From Candidatus Heimdallarchaeota archaeon (GTDB taxonomy: Archaea; Asgardarchaeota; Heimdallarchaeia; Heimdallarchaeales; Kariarchaeaceae): a DNA stretch of 32,000 nucleotides. The translations under genes and the position numbers were made by a program. The stretch spans positions 540,001 to 572,000 of the forward strand of contig JASBSB010000006.1 in the NCBI GenBank assembly GCA_030149205.1, read 5' to 3'. Every line of letters begins with the position of its first letter. The stretch's first letter is position 1. Of this stretch, positions 8,705 to 17,537 are shown one piece after another. Under the pieces are notes generated by a model. It did not search any database, was not told where the DNA came from, and saw nothing but the letters and a program-made list of their open reading frames with translations.

Positions 8705-8866
8705 TAACAAACAATCATTATCTATAGTCTCTAAATGTATTATGAAAGCTTCATTTATTTACAATTAATTAATAGAAAATATTGACAGGGCTTTGTTCAA
8801 TAAAAGATCTTGTTATTTCTATCTCAGATATAAATTTCTATTAATGAGACCAACAGTTTTAAGACA

Positions 8867-8906
8867 ACAATTTTTGCGTATAGCAGAGATTAAACGCAAA
8901 TTTTGT
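8867..8906. repeat. Imperfect inverted repeat (possible terminator or operator)
   Basis: ACAATTTTTGCGT (8867-8879) pairs with ACGCAAATTTTGT (8894-8906) at 11/13 positions; lies between the membrane-protein stop and the methyltransferase start. Confidence 0.35.
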
Positions 8907-8933
8907 GAAATTTTCAAGGAGTTACAAAGCCTG

Positions 8934-10511
8934 TCATTCTAGAACCTCATAATCATCATAATTAGAAGGTTCCTCAAGAAGTTCATTTTTTGAGTTGGGT
9001 AATTCTGGAGTACCTTGAAAGATTGCATCTTCAGCACCGATTAAACCCATCAGAAATTGATATAGCTTTAATTGAAGATTGCTACGCAGTTCTATCCATT
9101 TTTGACCTATGAGGCTCAGCTTTTCTTGAATATCATCCAGGTTCTCAAATCCTGTATGTGAGATATCTATTGAGGAGTCAATTGGTGTTAATGTAGATTT
9201 CTCTTTCTCCCAATCGTTTTTATTAACGATCAAGGTCTTAAGGTTGAACGTTAGATCTCCAAATTTTATGAAACCCTTTCCCATAGAAAACTTCTTAGAG
9301 GTTTTTGAACCAGAAACACTGAAACGAGCGGAACCATAGAGATTGGGTTTCTGTAATCCAATCAAAAGAATCTCATCTTCTCTTCTATAATCAAATTTCC
9401 CAAGAGGTATCGGAAAGAGTAGTAAACCCTTCTTTGGGTTCCATTGCCCATGTTTGCTTCCCAATGTTAACTTGTCCTTAGTAACAATGTAACCCTCTTT
9501 AAAGTCATCTTTACTCAAATTTGCCAGTATGTGATTCAACGTGTAACGAGGTTTTTTAATTTCTTCTCTAACCTTTTTACCTAATTTAAACGCAAAGACA
9601 GAGTCTTTATTGTCATCTTTAGAAATTAATTTGTTCCCGCTTTTAACTAATTTTGAGGTAGGCTGAGAGGATAACGGTTGTCTAGTTAATGGTTGTCCAG
9701 TAGTGTCCACTTTATCTGTATGTTTGTCTACTGATTCTTCAACTGTTTTTTCAGTGGCTTCAGTGGTTTCAGGGGGGGAAAGAGACTGCCCAAATGTATA
9801 GATAAACCAAATAAAGATAACCAAAGAGATAATCAATAGGAATATGATCCAGATTCTTAATGTTAGATATTCAAACATGTAGGCAATTAAGATGAAGAGA
9901 GCAGACTTAATCAATGAAATCGGAACCGCAAACTTTTGAGTCAATTCTGTTTGAATAAATAAAGTGAGAGCTGGAGGAGCAGTTTTAAGAATTCGGTGTA
10001 ATATTATGGGTTCTAATACTATAGGAATAAGAATAGAAAATTCAAGATATGTGGGTAACCTAAAGAACTTTATGAGCAAAAGTATCAATAAACTTAACTT
10101 CCAGATACTATGAGCCACTTCCTCTAAACTTAGCTCCTGTAATCCAAAAAAGTTATCGCCCCGTATGGGAAGCAACCATATCAGGTAAACAGGAAAAATA
10201 ATTCCAAAGTCAAAATATCTTATTGGAAAAGTGACCGTGTAGAATGAAAAATCTCGTCCTGGTAATTGATAGGAGGTTATACCCAACCAAAAAGTCACAT
10301 ACACAAATGTTGTGCTTTCCAGCATGGTGTTCCCTCTAAGGCTCAAAACCTGACTGTAACTTGCAATTATTACCAATAATAACCCAGAAGAAACATAAAA
10401 TACTGAATTTGGATCTAAAGCAGGGAAGATACCGAAGATTGACCACGCAATTAGGAGTAAATAAAAGATCTTGAGAAATCTTGGAGGGCTGTACTCCTCT
10501 AAATCAACCAT
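8934..10511 (-). CDS. Hypothetical polytopic membrane protein with large C-terminal soluble domain
   Basis: 525-aa ORF with about 7-8 hydrophobic segments in the first ~240 aa, a Thr/Glu/Pro linker and a hydrophilic C-terminus; no family recognised. Confidence 0.75.
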   Translation of the reverse strand: MVDLEEYSPPRFLKIFYLLLIAWSIFGIFPALDPNSVFYVSSGLLLVIIASYSQVLSLRGNTMLESTTFVYVTFWLGITSYQLPGRDFSFYTVTFPIRYFDFGIIFPVYLIWLLPIRGDNFFGLQELSLEEVAHSIWKLSLLILLLIKFFRLPTYLEFSILIPIVLEPIILHRILKTAPPALTLFIQTELTQKFAVPISLIKSALFILIAYMFEYLTLRIWIIFLLIISLVIFIWFIYTFGQSLSPPETTEATEKTVEESVDKHTDKVDTTGQPLTRQPLSSQPTSKLVKSGNKLISKDDNKDSVFAFKLGKKVREEIKKPRYTLNHILANLSKDDFKEGYIVTKDKLTLGSKHGQWNPKKGLLLFPIPLGKFDYRREDEILLIGLQKPNLYGSARFSVSGSKTSKKFSMGKGFIKFGDLTFNLKTLIVNKNDWEKEKSTLTPIDSSIDISHTGFENLDDIQEKLSLIGQKWIELRSNLQLKLYQFLMGLIGAEDAIFQGTPELPNSKNELLEEPSNYDDYEVLE

Positions 10512-10621
10512 TGAATTTCTACAGATTTTAGGCTTAATAAGTTTCTTTTGCCAATATAACTAATTTATACAATAATTAAGTTTAACTTATAATGTCAAAT
10601 ATTCAATTTAAAGGCCCACTT

Positions 10622-13120
10622 CTAACTTCCCAACAGATCTGCTAACCTTAAAAGCTCTGAGAATACACCACTCGCTGTTACTTCTGCACCAGCCCCAGGC
10701 CCTTGAACAACAAGAGGGAACTTTTTATATCTTTTCGAGGTAATAACCACGATATTTTCCCCATCCTTTAGATTAGCAAAGGGATGAGTCGCTTTGAATT
10801 CTTGAAGTGCAAGTTTACATGACCCAGACAAAGAGACAGTACCAACATATCTTAAAACAGAATGGTTTTCTTTGGCAAGGATGACTTTATTCAATAAATC
10901 TTCATCTACGTTTGGTAATTCATTGAAAAAATCATCAATGGAGTTTAAGGAGAATAATTCTTCAGAAATTATAGGTTCGATTTCTACATCTTGAAGTTGC
11001 AGGGACAAACCAAGTTCTCTTCCAAGAATCACCATTTTTCTTGCAAAATCTAAGCCGGATAGATCATCACGTGGATCCGGCTCAGTGTAGCCAAAATTCT
11101 TTGCCTCCTTGACAATTGATGAAAATTTGTTGGATATTGATAAGTTATTAAAGATATAGGAAATAGTTCCTGAGAACACACCTTCTATTTTGAGGATCTC
11201 ATCTCCTGTTTTTAATAAATCTTGAATAACAGAAATAATGGGAAGACCAGCTCCAACAGTAGTTTCATAAAAATAGTGAGTCGTTTTAACAATAGGGTCT
11301 GTAGATGGACCGACTCGTATAAATTTCTCAAGTGATTTGTAGTAAGATATATCTCCAGAACTTCCCTTTTTATTTGCTGTTATTATATGAATCCCAGAGT
11401 TTAACCACTTTACATACATATCAGTAACAAGTTGTGAAGCAGTACAGTCAATTATGACTGAATGTGGGGTGGTTTGTGTGTTAATATGAGACACAAATTT
11501 TTGATAGTCTAACTCTTGCCCTTTGATTTTTAAATCTTGTTTCCAGGAGTTCAGGATTATGTCATCACCTACTAACATACTTTTAGAATTAGCAATTCCG
11601 GTAATTTTTAGGGAGATGTTAAGATTCTTTCTCAAATATTCTTTCTGTTCCTGAATTTGTTCAATCAACTCACTTCCGATCAAACCAACCCCTATGATCC
11701 CTACTGAAAGTGTTAGGTTGCTCAAATAAAAAGCTGATTGGACAGAACGTAATGCCTTTGTTAAGTCTTCGTTCTTCAAGATAACTGAAATGTTTCTCTC
11801 AGAACTTCCCTGTGAAATCATTCTCACGTTGATTCTTGAAGCTCCAAGTGCAGAAAACAAAATTGCTGCAATCCCAGGTTGATTTACCATGTTATCTCCA
11901 ACCACTGCCAAAACCCCACAATTTAGCTCAGATGAAACTGACTGTATATGCCCTTTTCTTATCTCTGATTCGAAAGCGTCTTCAAGTGCAATTCTACCCT
12001 TTTTTCCAACCTCTTGGTCAACTACCACACTGATTGAGTACTCTGAACTCGCCTGAGATATCATTATAACAGAGATTCCGACTTCTCTTAATGTTGAAAA
12101 CATTTTTTGTGCAATACCAGGAACTCCAATCATACCCGCCCCTTCGAGATTTAATATTGCCAGATCAGAAATTGTTGCAAAGCCTTTTACTAAGGACTTA
12201 TCTTGAGTTATTTTTGTGTGAGGGAGGTAAATTCTGGTTCCTGGTGAAGTTATATTGTAACTGTTTCTCACTATGATGGGGATATGATGATTCATCGCTG
12301 GTAGGATAGTTCCTGGATGTAAAACTTTTGCACCAAAATATGCTAGTTCTAATGCCTCAAGATAAGACATTTCCGTTAAAACTACTGCTTCAGGTACTCT
12401 CAATGGATCTGCACTAAAAACACCATCCACATCCTTCCAGATCGTTACTTCACTGGCTTTCAAAAGGACAGCAAATATAGAGGCAGAAAGGTCGCTTCCA
12501 TTTCTTTTAAGAGTAATAGGAATACCTTCAGAGTTAGAAGCAATAAACCCAGTAATAACCAGAAAGTTAGTTTTGGAACCTTGAAGAACTGCATTTAAAT
12601 GATCTTGAGACCCAGTCCAGTCAACTATAACTCCTGTCGGTGAGTTCTCAGCTATTAATATTTTTCTTGCATCAAGCCATAGAGGATCATACTCGTGGAG
12701 ATACAGATTCATAAGCTTGGTTGACCAAACTTCACCATAGCCAGAGATAAGCTCAGAGTATTCAACACTGACAGATTTACTCAACCATACAGCTCTTAGT
12801 AAATCCTCAAGGTCATTGAAATCATTCGAAATTGATTCAATATAGACAGATTGGAGCTTTGCATCTGAAATAAGTCCCTGCATGTTTTTAATATGTAATT
12901 CTCTAAGTAACTCTAATTCAGATTTATAACTCTCATCTCTTTTTTTTGCAAGCTCTAATATTCTAATTAAACGATCTGTTACACCATAAAAGGCTGAGAA
13001 TACGATTGCAATATGAAAATCTTGGATAGAACTTCTTAACTTCTCTACAATTAATTTAACCTGTTTTACGGATTCGATTGATTTTAAACTTGACCCACCA
13101 AATTTATGAACCTGCCACAT
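10622..13120 (-). CDS. thrA: Bifunctional aspartokinase / homoserine dehydrogenase I
   Basis: VHKFGGSS, TLKRNGSDLSA, WKDVDGVFSADP, two ACT domains, GVGLIGSEL NAD-binding motif, YETTVGAGLP, GYTEPDPRDDLSGLD and GPGAGAEVTA. Confidence 0.97.
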   Translation of the reverse strand: MWQVHKFGGSSLKSIESVKQVKLIVEKLRSSIQDFHIAIVFSAFYGVTDRLIRILELAKKRDESYKSELELLRELHIKNMQGLISDAKLQSVYIESISNDFNDLEDLLRAVWLSKSVSVEYSELISGYGEVWSTKLMNLYLHEYDPLWLDARKILIAENSPTGVIVDWTGSQDHLNAVLQGSKTNFLVITGFIASNSEGIPITLKRNGSDLSASIFAVLLKASEVTIWKDVDGVFSADPLRVPEAVVLTEMSYLEALELAYFGAKVLHPGTILPAMNHHIPIIVRNSYNITSPGTRIYLPHTKITQDKSLVKGFATISDLAILNLEGAGMIGVPGIAQKMFSTLREVGISVIMISQASSEYSISVVVDQEVGKKGRIALEDAFESEIRKGHIQSVSSELNCGVLAVVGDNMVNQPGIAAILFSALGASRINVRMISQGSSERNISVILKNEDLTKALRSVQSAFYLSNLTLSVGIIGVGLIGSELIEQIQEQKEYLRKNLNISLKITGIANSKSMLVGDDIILNSWKQDLKIKGQELDYQKFVSHINTQTTPHSVIIDCTASQLVTDMYVKWLNSGIHIITANKKGSSGDISYYKSLEKFIRVGPSTDPIVKTTHYFYETTVGAGLPIISVIQDLLKTGDEILKIEGVFSGTISYIFNNLSISNKFSSIVKEAKNFGYTEPDPRDDLSGLDFARKMVILGRELGLSLQLQDVEIEPIISEELFSLNSIDDFFNELPNVDEDLLNKVILAKENHSVLRYVGTVSLSGSCKLALQEFKATHPFANLKDGENIVVITSKRYKKFPLVVQGPGAGAEVTASGVFSELLRLADLLGS

Positions 13121-13199
13121 ATGTTGCTTTCAGATTCCCCTTTATATTGATTTTATTTTGTATGTTTCGTAAAGTTCGAGTGGGATGTGGTTTTTAATC

Positions 13200-14636
13200 T
13201 TAAATAATGGATTTAGCTATCTCAAGACATGAATCCACTAATAAGTCAAAATCACTTAATTTGGATCTATGGTTGACATTGGCAACTCTGATAGAAAATT
13301 TATCATCCAATATTGTGCTTGAAGGTGCGGCAATACCCCTTTCATGAAGTTGGTAGAGAATTTCCTGATTAAGTTTATTTAAATCCTTAACATTAGGGTC
13401 GATCACCCTGAAGTTTACAATATTTAGTGTGGTTGGTGCAAGTAATTCTAAGGATTTTTCTGCAGTTATTCGATCTGTCAGGTACTGTGCTTGAAAGATA
13501 TTTTGGGCGATTATTCGTCCATATTTGTTGATACCATGCTCCTTTAAACTAAACCATACTTTTAGTGCTTTAAATCGTCGGGAAAGGTCAAGCCCATAAT
13601 CTGAAAACCATAAATCGCCAGCACCAATCCCCCTGTTTTGGTGAGTAAGATAAGATGCGGTCAGGCTAAAGGCTTTATAATGATCAATTTTGTTTTTAAC
13701 TAAGATACAACCAACCTCGTAATTGACAAACATCCATTTGTGAAAATCAAAGGCGACTGAATCTGCCAGATTTAACCCCTTTACTACATTTTTTGTCTCT
13801 TTGCTCACAGCACAAACTGCTCCAATAGCTCCATCAACATGAAACCAAAGGTTATGTTCCTTAGCAATTATTGAGAGCTCTTCTAAGTTGTCTATTCCAC
13901 CAGTGTTTACAGTACCTGCATTTCCAATAACACAAACTGGATGGAATCCTTCCGATATATCTCGAGAAATTTGCTCTTTAAGTTTGTCTAATCGAATACT
14001 GTACTCAGAATCCACAGGAATTTTCCTTAAATTATCCAATCCAATTCCAAGAATCTGAATCGACTTATTTACTGATGAATGAGTTTCCTCGGAACAATAG
14101 TAAGTCAAATTTTGTGGAATCCCTTTTTGAATAATATCAGCTCCACCTCTGGTGTTTCTCGCTGCGGTTAATCCAATAAAGTTAGCCATAGACCCCCCAG
14201 TCACCAACAACCCAGATACATCAGAACCTAGTCCCAACATCTCACCTGACCATTGAATGATCTGTTTTTCAACATACTGGGAGACATGATCTCCTCCACC
14301 ACTGTTTGGATTCATGAATGAAGCCAGCATGTCTGCTAATGCCCCACCAGTAGTTCCACCACCGATCACCCAACCCCAAAACCTAGGGTGAATATTTCCC
14401 ATATTATAAGGAAGAATTTGTCCCTTAAACTGTTCATAGATCTCTTTTAAGGGGATTCCATTTTTAGGGAGTTCTGATTCAAAGAATCTTTTTTCTTCAT
14501 CTCCCATCTGTCGCCAAAGAGGTCTGTCACGGACAGTTTTTAGATATTCGATCATGTCTTCAATCATCTGTCTTCCCAGCTCTCTGTACTCATACCATCC
14601 TTCTGATGTTTCAGGGTCTAATGTCTCATCAGTCAC
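13200..14636 (-). CDS. Group II PLP-dependent amino-acid decarboxylase (aromatic-L-amino-acid decarboxylase-like)
   Basis: HPRFWGWV, LLVTGGSMAN, HSSVNKS, GTVNTGGID, WFHVDGAIG and DFHKW with the PLP lysine; the substrate cannot be determined from sequence. Confidence 0.92.
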   Translation of the reverse strand: MTDETLDPETSEGWYEYRELGRQMIEDMIEYLKTVRDRPLWRQMGDEEKRFFESELPKNGIPLKEIYEQFKGQILPYNMGNIHPRFWGWVIGGGTTGGALADMLASFMNPNSGGGDHVSQYVEKQIIQWSGEMLGLGSDVSGLLVTGGSMANFIGLTAARNTRGGADIIQKGIPQNLTYYCSEETHSSVNKSIQILGIGLDNLRKIPVDSEYSIRLDKLKEQISRDISEGFHPVCVIGNAGTVNTGGIDNLEELSIIAKEHNLWFHVDGAIGAVCAVSKETKNVVKGLNLADSVAFDFHKWMFVNYEVGCILVKNKIDHYKAFSLTASYLTHQNRGIGAGDLWFSDYGLDLSRRFKALKVWFSLKEHGINKYGRIIAQNIFQAQYLTDRITAEKSLELLAPTTLNIVNFRVIDPNVKDLNKLNQEILYQLHERGIAAPSSTILDDKFSIRVANVNHRSKLSDFDLLVDSCLEIAKSII

Positions 14637-14753
14637 TGTAATCCCAAAGAAAATGAATATAAAAATTCTAATCCTACAAAACTCTAAATAGTAAAATAAT
14701 TATGCTGATTACGATAAAACCTTTCAAAAAATGGAGAAAATTAGACTGAATAC

Positions 14754-15548
14754 CTAAATATTCTTTTTCATATTCAATGCATCAAGAAAGAAAGGTACAC
14801 TAATAGTTGAGGTAGAAATCACCTGATCTATTCCTAACTTGTCTTTAATCTCATTTCCAAATTCAATATCAAACATTCGAATTACAGTTAGAATCTTAGG
14901 GTTTAGTTTTTTAGCCAACAATGAGATCTTGATATTTAGTAGATCATTGTCGATTAAAATAAGAACTGCAGAGGCAGAATCAATATTTGCATCCATCAGA
15001 ATCTTTTCCCTTGTTGCGTCACCAAATACAACAGGAATTCGAAATTCAGCCTGAATATCATTGAATTCATCCTCACGTCCCGATTTATCCTCAAGGTCTA
15101 CTACAACAATTTTTTTATCACTTTCTATCAACTTGAGCAAGACCTTGAATCCCACATTCCCTATGCCTATAAGTATTATATGATCTTTTAACATTCGTAT
15201 CACTTCAAAATTCCATTCCCGAGAGTGTACATCACCCAGCCTTAATGCAGTACTCAACCCAGTTATACCATCAGCAATAATTATCAAACCAAAGAGGGGA
15301 TAAATAACCCAAAACACCTCGAGCAAGGGATTATTTGGTGGGAATGGAAGGGTTCCAGCAAAGAAAATCATTGCAATTGATTCAAAATAAGCCCGATAAA
15401 CACCCACACCAAGAGAAAGCATTAACACCATAGTTCCAAAGGAGGAATATAACACAAGGGCTATGAAGAAGAATTTGAATGATCTCAGTCGAATTATCAG
15501 CTCTCTCCAATAGACTAAGAATAACTTCTTCTTGGATTTGAAGGGCAT
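14754..15548 (-). CDS. Two-TM channel-like protein with TrkA-N/RCK domain; lacks the canonical GYG filter
   Basis: Two TM segments around a pore-like segment (YFESIAMIFFAGTLPFP), then DHIILIGIGNVG Rossmann motif, GDATREKIL and a TrkA-N core. Confidence 0.82.
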   Translation of the reverse strand: MPFKSKKKLFLVYWRELIIRLRSFKFFFIALVLYSSFGTMVLMLSLGVGVYRAYFESIAMIFFAGTLPFPPNNPLLEVFWVIYPLFGLIIIADGITGLSTALRLGDVHSREWNFEVIRMLKDHIILIGIGNVGFKVLLKLIESDKKIVVVDLEDKSGREDEFNDIQAEFRIPVVFGDATREKILMDANIDSASAVLILIDNDLLNIKISLLAKKLNPKILTVIRMFDIEFGNEIKDKLGIDQVISTSTISVPFFLDALNMKKNI

Positions 15549-15551
15549 CTA

Positions 15552-15556
15552 TCACC
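15552..15556 (-). promoter_or_regulatory. Archaeal-type Shine-Dalgarno (GGTGA)
   Basis: The minus strand reads GGTGATAGATG at the start of the TrkA-N gene (ATG at 15548). Confidence 0.55.
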
Positions 15557-15627
15557 AATTTTTCTGTTAATTAAAAAGTGTTAGGAAAAAAATCTAACTG
15601 GGTTGTTTATTATTCTGTTCTTCCTGA

Positions 15628-16899
15628 TTATTTTACTACTTCTAATCCTTCCTTTAATATCAAATAAAACTTGAAAACCTCTTCAAAGGAATTATACATT
15701 GGTGTAGGGGCGACTCGTATGACATCTGGCTCTCTCCAGTCACAGATTACACCTTCTGACATAAGATAATCGAATAATTTTTTCCCATGTTGCTTTATGT
15801 GGATGCTGATCTGAGCACCTCGCCATTCTGATGATTTTGGGGTCACAAAAATATTTTCATTATTTAGAGATTCAATTAAAAAATCTAAGTAGGAGGTTAG
15901 CTTAAGACTTTTTGAGCGTAGGGCTTCCATACTAGTTTGTTTAAATATTTTGAGAGCTGTGATCACAGGAACTAATGATAAAATGGGGGGATTAGACACA
16001 ACCCAATCCTCTGCGGAGCCATCACCTTCAAATGTATCTTTCATAAGAAATCTTGTTTCCATACGATTCCCCCACCAACCCTCAAATCTTGGTAGATCAT
16101 CATTTAAATGTTTTTCGTGAATAAAAATCCCACTTAAACCACCTGGACCGCTGTTACCATATTTGTAAGTGCACCAAGTAGCAAAATCTACACCCCAATC
16201 ATGAAGCTTCAAAGGGATGTTAGCAAAAGCATGTGCAAGGTCAAATCCAATTGTTATGCCTAATTCTTTGCATTTTTTGGTTAGAACAGCCATATCGAAT
16301 ACCTGACCAGTGTAATAATTCACTCCACCCAGAAAAACTAAAGCTAAACTTTCTTTATGTTCTTCTATCTTTAATAGAATGTCCTCAGTTCGTAGTTCAT
16401 TCTCACCCTCACGGGGATAAACTTGAATTAAATTTGAGTCTTCATCCAATCCATGATACCTTAATTGAGATTTTATAGCGTATTTATCACTAGGAAAAGC
16501 ATGTCCCTCAATTAAAACCTTGGTTCTCATTGAAGACGGTCTAAAAAATGAAATGAATAGAAAATGTATATTTACTGTCAATGTATTTAATATTGCAATC
16601 TCTCTTACATTTGCACCAACAATAGGCACCATAAGCTCTTTGGCTTCAATATGTTTCTCACTCCAAACGGTGTCTTGAAAATGACCTTCAACCGCATTTA
16701 GCTCCCATGATTGTAACTCTCTTTCAATATCGTTTCTAACAGATTTAGGTTGCAAGCCAAGGGAGTTCCCACAGAGGTATATTGTATCTCCCCCATCTTT
16801 TTGCTTTGGAAACAAATACAATTTTTTTAATTCTTTTAGTTCATCTTGAGAATCCATGCCTCTTGCAAATTCTAAGGTTGCTTGAAATTGATCATTCAT
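15628..16899 (-). CDS. kynU: Kynureninase
   Basis: YLCGNSLGLQP, NTLTVNIH, AFPSDKYA, GVNYYTGQ, FDLAHA, WCTYKYGNSGPG (PLP lysine), GWWG and DWREPDVIRVAP. Confidence 0.97.
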   Translation of the reverse strand: MNDQFQATLEFARGMDSQDELKELKKLYLFPKQKDGGDTIYLCGNSLGLQPKSVRNDIERELQSWELNAVEGHFQDTVWSEKHIEAKELMVPIVGANVREIAILNTLTVNIHFLFISFFRPSSMRTKVLIEGHAFPSDKYAIKSQLRYHGLDEDSNLIQVYPREGENELRTEDILLKIEEHKESLALVFLGGVNYYTGQVFDMAVLTKKCKELGITIGFDLAHAFANIPLKLHDWGVDFATWCTYKYGNSGPGGLSGIFIHEKHLNDDLPRFEGWWGNRMETRFLMKDTFEGDGSAEDWVVSNPPILSLVPVITALKIFKQTSMEALRSKSLKLTSYLDFLIESLNNENIFVTPKSSEWRGAQISIHIKQHGKKLFDYLMSEGVICDWREPDVIRVAPTPMYNSFEEVFKFYLILKEGLEVVK

Positions 16900-16916
16900 T
16901 TAGAGTAAGTTTTATT

Positions 16917-17405
16917 CTAAATATTTGAAACTTTAGTTCCACAGTACGAACAAAAAACATCGCCATCTGCAATCTTTCCACCACAAGCTTGACAGTACTG
17001 AGTCTTAGCTGGTTTTTTATACCCAGATTCATAAGATTGAGTAACTGGCTTCGCAGGTTTATTAGACAAATATTCTGGTTCTGCTTCAACCTCATAGGGG
17101 TTTTTATAGAGGTTCTGACGGTATCCAGTATTTTGAGATGAAGCCATCTGTTGAGCTTCATACGAATTTTGATACAAGGGTTGATTATAGGAGTTTTTAG
17201 GTGTCCTAGTTCCAAAAAACCTACTTATGGCGATTACCAAGATAACAACAACTCCAATGACAAGAAAAGAGGAGACTGAATTATAATATCCTAACATTAT
17301 TGCCAAAGCAATGATTATCCACAGAAACCTTCGAAGAAAAAAGGGACTAGTGTAATGACCACGATTATGAGATCTATATGTTGATCTTGGTCGACGATGT
17401 CTCAT
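16917..17405 (-). CDS. Two-TM membrane protein with C-terminal zinc ribbon
   Basis: Arg-rich N-terminus, two hydrophobic helices, a Tyr/Gln/Pro-rich linker and a terminal CQACG...FCSYCG zinc ribbon. Confidence 0.8.
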   Translation of the reverse strand: MRHRRPRSTYRSHNRGHYTSPFFLRRFLWIIIALAIMLGYYNSVSSFLVIGVVVILVIAISRFFGTRTPKNSYNQPLYQNSYEAQQMASSQNTGYRQNLYKNPYEVEAEPEYLSNKPAKPVTQSYESGYKKPAKTQYCQACGGKIADGDVFCSYCGTKVSNI

Positions 17406-17537
17406 AATTTATTATTTAGGTAATGAGATATATTAAGACTTTCAAATGATTAAAAATTTGTGGATATAAGATGAATAACTAGTGAATCTATAGATTTATC
17501 AAAATGTCTTTTAATCATATATTCTAAAAACAATTGA

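Noticed and set aside
8844-8942. 32-aa plus-strand ORF MRPTVLRQQFLRIAEIKRKFCEIFKELQSLSF upstream of the methyltransferase (possible controller protein)
   Set aside because: Too short for a C-protein HTH, no motif, overlaps the neighbouring stop; could be chance.
13165-13190. GTTCGAGT, resembling a tRNA T-loop
   Set aside because: No flanking T-stem or cloverleaf, and the intergenic gap is too short and unstructured. No tRNA or rRNA was found anywhere in the window.
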